A stretch of DNA of 64,000 nucleotides from Myxococcota bacterium. Its GTDB lineage: Bacteria > Myxococcota_A > Polyangia > Nannocystales > Nannocystaceae. This document shows, piece by piece, positions 58,182-64,000 of the stretch. A program made the translations under genes and the position numbers. Location of the stretch: assembly GCA_039028615.1 (NCBI GenBank), contig JBCCHT010000013.1:128001-192000 (forward strand), read 5' to 3'. The notes under the pieces are model-generated. The model saw only the letters and a list, made by a program, of their open reading frames with translations. It was not told the DNA's origin and did not search any database. Position 1 is the first letter of the stretch; every line of letters begins with the position of its first letter.

Positions 58182-59501
58182 CTACTCGATGGGATCGACC
58201 TGCTCGAGGAAGACCTCGGCGTCGACGAAGGTCTTGAAGTGCACGGGCGCGGCGGGCATGGCCTCGCCCTCGCGCAGGGCCTCGAAGTGGCCGCTGAGCT
58301 TTACGTCCTTGGGGTAGACGAGCACGCTGGGCAGGGTGGCGCTACCAAAGGCATCTTGCATGGTGCCGTGGTCGTCGGTGCCCTCGGTGACGTCGACCTT
58401 GATGAGGTGGAAGCGCGTGGAGAGGATGGGCTCGACCGCCTCGTCGTGGAAGGTGGCCAGCTCCATCTCTTTGCAGGGCAGGCACCAGCTGGCGGCAAAG
58501 TCGATGAGGATGGGCTTGCCGTCGGTCTCGGCCTGCTGGATCTGGGTCTCGAGCTCGGCGATGGTGGTGACCCGGTTCCAGTCGGCGGGCGGCACGTAGA
58601 CGAGGTTGTTGACCGCGACGATCGAGCCGAAGACGGTGAGCGCCACCGCGATGGCCTTGCGGAAGCGTTCGCCCGCGGGGCCGTGGAAGGACAGGTGAAT
58701 GGCACCCAGGCCCACGCCCGCGAGCACGACGGTGAGCGCGACCCAGAAGCCCCAGCTGGGGTCGAGGATGAAGTTCTCGAGCGCGGTCGACAGCGGACGC
58801 AGGAACCACAGCGCCATGACGATGAGCATCACGCCGAAGAAACTCTTGATGTACTCCATCCACGCGCCCGGGCGGAACAGGCTCGCGCCCAGGGCCACCG
58901 CGAAGAACAGGGTGCCCATGCCCAGCGCGTAGACGAACAGCAGCGAGCCGCCGTAGAAGATGCCGCTGCCCTCGGCCGAGGCCTTGGCGATGACGGCCAG
59001 CAGCGACAGCAGCACGGGCCCGGTGCAGGGCGCCGAGATGAAGCCGGAGACCAAGCCCATCAAGAACGCACCCAAGGGCCCGGTACCCCCCACCGAGTTG
59101 AGCTTGCCCTGAATGCTGGTGGGCAGCTGCAGGTCGAAGGCGCCGAACATGCTCGCGGACAGGGCCACGAGCAACAGGGCGATGGGCACGACGACGTAGG
59201 GGTTGGCCAGCCACGCTCCGAAGGCGCCACCCGTCAGTGCGACGACGATGCCGAGCGAGGTGTACAGCGTGGCCATGCCCAGCACGTAGGACGTGGCGAG
59301 AAACAGCGCGCGCGCCCGCGGGACGTTCTCGGCCCCGAACACGGCGACGGTGACGGGGATGAGCGGAAAGACGCAGGGCGTCAGGTCGACGAGCACGCCA
59401 TAGGCAAAAGCCCAGGCGTAGGCCCCCAAGCCGCCGCCCGCGAAGTCGGGTTCCATCGAGGCGAGAAGACCGGGGAGGGAGAGGCTGCTGAGCAATTCCA
59501 T
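58182..59501 (-). CDS. dsbD: DsbD/CcdA-type thiol:disulfide interchange membrane protein with thioredoxin domain
   Basis: LTPCVFPLIP, SAPCTGPVL, PGAWME, IDFAASWCLPCKEME; no N-terminal DsbD-alpha domain apparent. Confidence 0.88.
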   Translation of the reverse strand: MELLSSLSLPGLLASMEPDFAGGGLGAYAWAFAYGVLVDLTPCVFPLIPVTVAVFGAENVPRARALFLATSYVLGMATLYTSLGIVVALTGGAFGAWLANPYVVVPIALLLVALSASMFGAFDLQLPTSIQGKLNSVGGTGPLGAFLMGLVSGFISAPCTGPVLLSLLAVIAKASAEGSGIFYGGSLLFVYALGMGTLFFAVALGASLFRPGAWMEYIKSFFGVMLIVMALWFLRPLSTALENFILDPSWGFWVALTVVLAGVGLGAIHLSFHGPAGERFRKAIAVALTVFGSIVAVNNLVYVPPADWNRVTTIAELETQIQQAETDGKPILIDFAASWCLPCKEMELATFHDEAVEPILSTRFHLIKVDVTEGTDDHGTMQDAFGSATLPSVLVYPKDVKLSGHFEALREGEAMPAAPVHFKTFVDAEVFLEQVDPIE

Positions 59502-59579
59502 GGGGGGCCAGTGCGTGCGAAAGACGGCTTCGATGGAGTCAACGGGATGAGGTGGCGGATCGTTAGCCCTGCGCGGAAC

Positions 59580-61433
59580 TCACGGAGCAGAAGCTCCCAC
59601 ACAATGGCCGGCGTCCTGCAACTCCGCAAGATCTCTCGCGGATAGCGCACCACAGCAGGTGTCGTCGTCGAGGGTCCGGATCATCTCGTCGAGCAGGGCC
59701 CGAGGGAGCCCATGACAGCATGCGGGGCGCAGATCCTCGCGGCAAATGGGCATGACCTGGCAGCGGCCCTCGTGAGGGTCCAGGCAGGCCACACGCAGCG
59801 AGGGATTGAGATCCGTGTAGTCCAGGACGGTATCGGTGCCGGCCAGCAGCGCTGTGCCCAGGAGGCCATCGGGCTCGAGCGCGCTGGGATTGACGTCCCG
59901 GCGCAGGGCGAGCACGAGCGGGTGGTCGGCGGGCATGATCGTGGTGGGAATCCACCGAGCGGGGCGCGGCCCGGACGCGTTCGGCTGAAGAGTTCCCTCA
60001 CCGAGGACGGCCAGCGAGGTGCCGCTGGGGTCGTTGGCGTGATTTTCGCCGTCATCGTCGTCGCGCTGCGAGGAGTAGGGCGGCGAGGTGGTGCGGATGT
60101 CGTCGCCGCCGCTGCTGGCGGCCCGCGTGTATCGAACGCACTGGAGGGCGAGGGCGTCGCGGCGATCCTGGGCGCGCAGGCAGGGTTCGTCGGCTTGGCT
60201 CCGGGTGGCCCCTGGCACCAGGGCGAGGCTCCGCACCCGCAGCCGCGTGAGCGGGGTGTCTTCGCCGGCCGAGGGCCAGCCGGCGAAGTGCAGCACGCCA
60301 TCGTCGGTGCCGATGCGACAGACCCGAAGCTCGCTGTCGACCTCGGTCAATGGACTCAAGGTCTCGGGGCACTCCTCGAGGGTGCTGGGGTCGCCGAACA
60401 TTCGGGTCGCGCTGTCGGAGAAAAGCACGAGCCCGGGCACGCCCGTGGCCACCACGAGGCTGGCCGACTCACCGCCGAGCGTGGGGTCGGTGGCGTCGGT
60501 GCAGACCTCCGAGATGGCCGCCTCCGGCCCGCTCCGTAGGCCGCAACGACCCGCACCAAAGGGGTCGTCGGTCGAGGGGGCATAGGCCAGACCGCACGGG
60601 GGAATCGCGACGCAGGCGTCCATCACCATGCGCGAGCTCTGCAGGGGAATCTCGTTGGCGCTGGTGCTGAAGTCGAAACCGTCGACTTCGCACTCGCCTT
60701 CGTCGACCAGGCATCGATCGGTGAGCTCTCGGCCGAGCAAGCTGCCGGGAAACTGCAAGGGGAGGAAGGCGCGGCCCTGGTCGGCCAAGATGGCTTCGCT
60801 GCCCGGAAACTCGGTGTACAGCGTGACCGTGGCCGGGTCTTCGTCGGGGCGCGGCGGCACGGGCGTTCGAATGGCGACGGCAAAGTTGCGCAGCAGGTTG
60901 CCGCCCATGATCCCGCCGGGCTCGACCGTCTGCCGTTGGTTGCCTGCCGTCCACGACCAGCCTTCCTGATCGGGGGCGCGCACCAGCGGCAAATTGCGGA
61001 AGCGAAACCGCGTCACCGCGGCCGCTCGGTCCTCGTCGCTGACGTCCTCGGCGAGCAGGCGGGCGGCGGGGCGCACCTCGAGGCAGTCGGCGGCTTCGAT
61101 GCGCGAGCCGGTGGCGTCGGGATCACGAATGGCGCTGAGGGTGGCGAGCGAGTCCACCAGCATCATCTGGCAGGCGCGATCGCCCGAGGCGTCGCAGCCC
61201 CCGGAGAGTCCCGAGCACCCGTCGTCCACGAAGGCGAGGCGGGGCAGGGGAGACTGGTCGCCCGAGGCCAAGGCCATGGCGCGACCAAACTCGCCTTCGG
61301 TTTCGATCGGGTCGGCACCGCAGCCGAGCGCGAGCGTGGCGAGCAGGCTCGGGCCGAGCACGCGTCGCCACGGCCTGAATCTCAGGCCGTGGATCGACTC
61401 GGCCTCGGGCCGGGGGCTTGCTGCTGCCCGCAC
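59580..61433 (-). CDS. Cys-rich lipoprotein with two degenerate retropepsin-like lobes
   Basis: LALGC lipobox; MLVDSL..GGIMGGNLLRNFAV and LVVATG..DGLLGTALL....VLDY; start uncertain (61433-61478). Confidence 0.6.
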   Translation of the reverse strand: MRAAASPRPEAESIHGLRFRPWRRVLGPSLLATLALGCGADPIETEGEFGRAMALASGDQSPLPRLAFVDDGCSGLSGGCDASGDRACQMMLVDSLATLSAIRDPDATGSRIEAADCLEVRPAARLLAEDVSDEDRAAAVTRFRFRNLPLVRAPDQEGWSWTAGNQRQTVEPGGIMGGNLLRNFAVAIRTPVPPRPDEDPATVTLYTEFPGSEAILADQGRAFLPLQFPGSLLGRELTDRCLVDEGECEVDGFDFSTSANEIPLQSSRMVMDACVAIPPCGLAYAPSTDDPFGAGRCGLRSGPEAAISEVCTDATDPTLGGESASLVVATGVPGLVLFSDSATRMFGDPSTLEECPETLSPLTEVDSELRVCRIGTDDGVLHFAGWPSAGEDTPLTRLRVRSLALVPGATRSQADEPCLRAQDRRDALALQCVRYTRAASSGGDDIRTTSPPYSSQRDDDDGENHANDPSGTSLAVLGEGTLQPNASGPRPARWIPTTIMPADHPLVLALRRDVNPSALEPDGLLGTALLAGTDTVLDYTDLNPSLRVACLDPHEGRCQVMPICREDLRPACCHGLPRALLDEMIRTLDDDTCCGALSARDLAELQDAGHCVGASAP

Positions 61434-61489
61434 GTGGCGATGGTAGCAGCCCCTGGCGCGAGGCCGGAGGAGGAGCAAACGAGGCGGTC

Positions 61490-62098
61490 TCAGCCTTCGT
61501 CGGCGTCGAGGTCAGCGAGCTTCTTGTTCAGGGTGGTGATGACTTCGTCCATCCCGCCCTTTTTGTACAGCTTGTTGATCTCGTACTTGTAGTTCTTCGC
61601 GAGGCTGACGCCCTCGGTGATGATGTCGCGCACGTGCCAGTGGCCGTCGACCTTGTGCATCACGTAGTCGATCTCGACGACTTTGACCTCACCTTGCTTG
61701 TCGGTGAAGGTGACGCGGGTGTCGACCTTGGTGGCTTTTTTGCGGACGTGCTCTTCGATGTACTCGACCTTGCCGCGATCCTTGGCGTCGATGCGCTTGA
61801 GGTAGTTCTTGCGGATCAGCTGGGTGAGCAGGGCCTTGAACTCGTCGCAGCGCTCGGCGCAGCGCTCGTCGTACTTCTTGGGGCCGCCCAGCGCGGCCTT
61901 GGCGATCCAGTCGTAGTCGAGCAATCCATCGACCTTGGCCTGGACGGCGGAGCTGTCGGCGTTGGCGTCGACCAGGGTCGTGACCTCGCCGTGGGAAGTC
62001 TCGAAGGCCTGGAGCGCGCCCGCGCCACCTTCGGCCAGAGCGATGGAGGGCATCAGCAGCGCGCAGCTGAGGGAAAGAGCGGCGATGGTCTTGCGCAT
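61490..62098 (-). CDS. mlaC: MlaC/Ttg2D family periplasmic binding protein
   Basis: Signal peptide; LLDYDWIAKAALG, F..LL..LIRKNY, IDYVMHK..GHWHVRDIITEGVSLAKNYK. Confidence 0.88.
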   Translation of the reverse strand: MRKTIAALSLSCALLMPSIALAEGGAGALQAFETSHGEVTTLVDANADSSAVQAKVDGLLDYDWIAKAALGGPKKYDERCAERCDEFKALLTQLIRKNYLKRIDAKDRGKVEYIEEHVRKKATKVDTRVTFTDKQGEVKVVEIDYVMHKVDGHWHVRDIITEGVSLAKNYKYEINKLYKKGGMDEVITTLNKKLADLDADEG

Positions 62099-62220
62099 GT
62101 CGATGAGCTTTCTGAAAACCGGCGTGCGGGGGAGTCGGCTACGAAGCGGCGACTCGGGGCATCTGACGGCCCCTCCCTGCGCAGTATTCACGGAGCCGGA
62201 GCATACCCGAGTGCCCGTGA

Positions 62221-64000
62221 TCACGGCGCAGACCCGGCCGAGGCCGAAGAAGACGCTGTTTTGGGTTTCTGGGGCGCTGCCGGGGATCGCGCGATGAGCG
62301 GAGTCCCGGTCGCGCGCGCGAGACGAGCCACCGCTTCGTTGTGCGCATGAATCGCTTCCGCCTCCTCGAAGCGTTTCTGGTACCAGTTTTTGAGGATTCG
62401 CAGCAGCTCGTTGGTGTTGCCGCCGTCGCTGACGGTGTCGCGCTGCTCGAGGGAGATCACCAGCTGCCAGTTGAGCTCGGTGGCCCGGCGCGCCAGGTCG
62501 ATGCGGTGGTCGGCCTCGACGACGTCTTGGTACGCGATGGTCACGTCTTGGCCGAGGTACAGCTCGGCGGCCTCGCGCTGGTACTCCTGCATGCGCAGCT
62601 CGGCGCGGGCCTTTTGCAGGTCGAAGGCGCTGTTGTGAAAGTCCCAGCGCCAACGCAGCGCGAGCGCAGCGGTGACTCGCGAGTAGTTGAAGTTGTCCTG
62701 GTAGTAGATCTGGTTCATCTCGCGGTCGACCGCGTTCGAGAACGCAAAGCCGACGCCCACGGCGAGGCCGAGATCGGGCAGGAACGCCGCGCGGGCGAGT
62801 TTTTCTTGGGCCTCGCGAGCCTCGACTCCCGCGCGGGCCATGTGGGCCTCGGGTCGCTCGCGAATGGCAATGCGCTTGTACTCCTCGAGCGACTTGCGGC
62901 CGCCCTCGAGCACGAAGGGCTCCAGGTGGTCCTCGCGGACGTCGAAGCCCGCGGGCGCGGCACTGCCCGCGAGGTCCCACAACGCCGCCAGGGCCAGTGC
63001 CTCGGCCCGCAGCGCTTCGCGCATGAGCCCCTCGACCTCGACCTCGGCCAGCTGCACGCGCAGCAGGTCGTTGGGGTCGCGATCGGGGTTGGTGTCGTCG
63101 GGATCGGCGTCCCAGTCCTCTTCGTCTCCGCCCCCGCCCAGGTCGCCCTCGACGCGCGCCAGGGCCTTGTCGACGACCTCTTTGGCATCACGGAGGATCA
63201 CCTGGCTCTCGCGCGCCAGCATGAGCGTGGTGTGGGCCTGCAAGACGAGCTTGATCGTTTCTTGCTGGGTCTGGAGCTTCTCGAGCTCGGCCAGGGCCAG
63301 CCCCGCCTTGGCGAGCCGCTTGGCGTTGCGGATCTTGCCGAAGGTGAAGATGGGAAAGACCGCCTTGGCGTCGAAGGCCACCCGCACACCCGCCCGGCCG
63401 AGCTGGGTGAAGTAGCCCTGCACGGTGTTGAGGTCGAGGTTGGGGTCGGCCCCGGAGCGGCACCACTGGAACTGGAAGTCGTCGTAGCTCGGCGCGCCCA
63501 CGGCCCCCGTGCCGTCGAGGGAGACCCGCAGGTCGTCGCACTCGACGTTGGCCCCCGGCGACAGCGTGGTGACCGTCTCGATGATGGGCAACCACAGGAA
63601 CTTCGCCTTGCGGACCTGCGCCTTCATGGCGTCGACCTTGGCGTCGGCGGCATCGATGAGCGGGTTGGTCAGCGCGTAGCGGAGGATCTGGTCGTGGCTG
63701 AGCCGCGGGACCCCGGCCGGGCGCGGGCCGTAGGGGTCGAGCCGGTCGGCGGCGGGGAGCGCAAACGCGGAGCCGCGCGCGAGGCCCTCGACCTGCGCGG
63801 GGTCGGGGGTGGCCGCTGTGGGTTGGGGCACATCCTCGGCCGGTCGCGGGGCGGGCTTGGGAGGGTCGGGCTCGGCGGTGGCGGCGGGCTCGGTCGGGCC
63901 GACCTCGGGCGCTGCGTGCACGGAGGTGCCCAGCAACGAGACCGTTGCCACCAAGGCCGCGAGGCGAGCCGTGGCGGCGCACGAGCGCAGACGATGCGGC
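62221..64000 (-). CDS. TolC-family outer membrane protein (frame open to the window end, probably 5'-truncated)
   Basis: ALTNPLI..A, FPIFTFGK, A..ERPE, A.AAFLPDL, helical repeats ending HNEAVARLARATG; no in-frame stop from 63954 to 64000. Confidence 0.85.
   Translation of the reverse strand, partial: PHRLRSCAATARLAALVATVSLLGTSVHAAPEVGPTEPAATAEPDPPKPAPRPAEDVPQPTAATPDPAQVEGLARGSAFALPAADRLDPYGPRPAGVPRLSHDQILRYALTNPLIDAADAKVDAMKAQVRKAKFLWLPIIETVTTLSPGANVECDDLRVSLDGTGAVGAPSYDDFQFQWCRSGADPNLDLNTVQGYFTQLGRAGVRVAFDAKAVFPIFTFGKIRNAKRLAKAGLALAELEKLQTQQETIKLVLQAHTTLMLARESQVILRDAKEVVDKALARVEGDLGGGGDEEDWDADPDDTNPDRDPNDLLRVQLAEVEVEGLMREALRAEALALAALWDLAGSAAPAGFDVREDHLEPFVLEGGRKSLEEYKRIAIRERPEAHMARAGVEAREAQEKLARAAFLPDLGLAVGVGFAFSNAVDREMNQIYYQDNFNYSRVTAALALRWRWDFHNSAFDLQKARAELRMQEYQREAAELYLGQDVTIAYQDVVEADHRIDLARRATELNWQLVISLEQRDTVSDGGNTNELLRILKNWYQKRFEEAEAIHAHNEAVARLARATGTPLIARSPAAPQKPKTASSSASAGSAP

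Overview
A ~70% GC window from a myxobacterium, probably Nannocystaceae-like. This assignment is inferred from a MYXO-CTERM protein, many Ser/Thr-rich lipoproteins and two Hanks kinases. It holds about 50 CDSs and one tRNA-Leu(CAA). Housekeeping genes include ggt, bolA, purM, accD-folC, mazG, phoH, tldD, ybeY, rarA, pdxJ, a dsbD-like gene, mlaC and a TolC-family gene. Three things stand out. (1) A translationally coupled operon at 2858-11496 looks like a complete signal-gated transmembrane electron wire. It encodes an intact Ser/Thr kinase; a pseudokinase-TM-pentaheme cytochrome c fusion; a 2x cNMP-binding / 4x[4Fe-4S] / di-heme-b membrane protein; and a tetraheme cytochrome-TM-ferredoxin fused to a circularly permuted TrxR/FNR-like flavoprotein. 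(2) A ~154-bp non-coding repeat occurs as two direct copies, one inverted copy and one decayed copy around an orphan lipoprotein gene at 53.8-55.5 kb, with an orientation-linked G/C skew that reaches into neighbouring CDSs. (3) A 40-aa Arg/Lys-rich ORF starting MGKGD, absent from the ORF track, resembles small ribosomal proteins. Several apparent pseudo-enzymes are also present. All calls are from manual motif reading; no database searches were run, and some start codons are uncertain.
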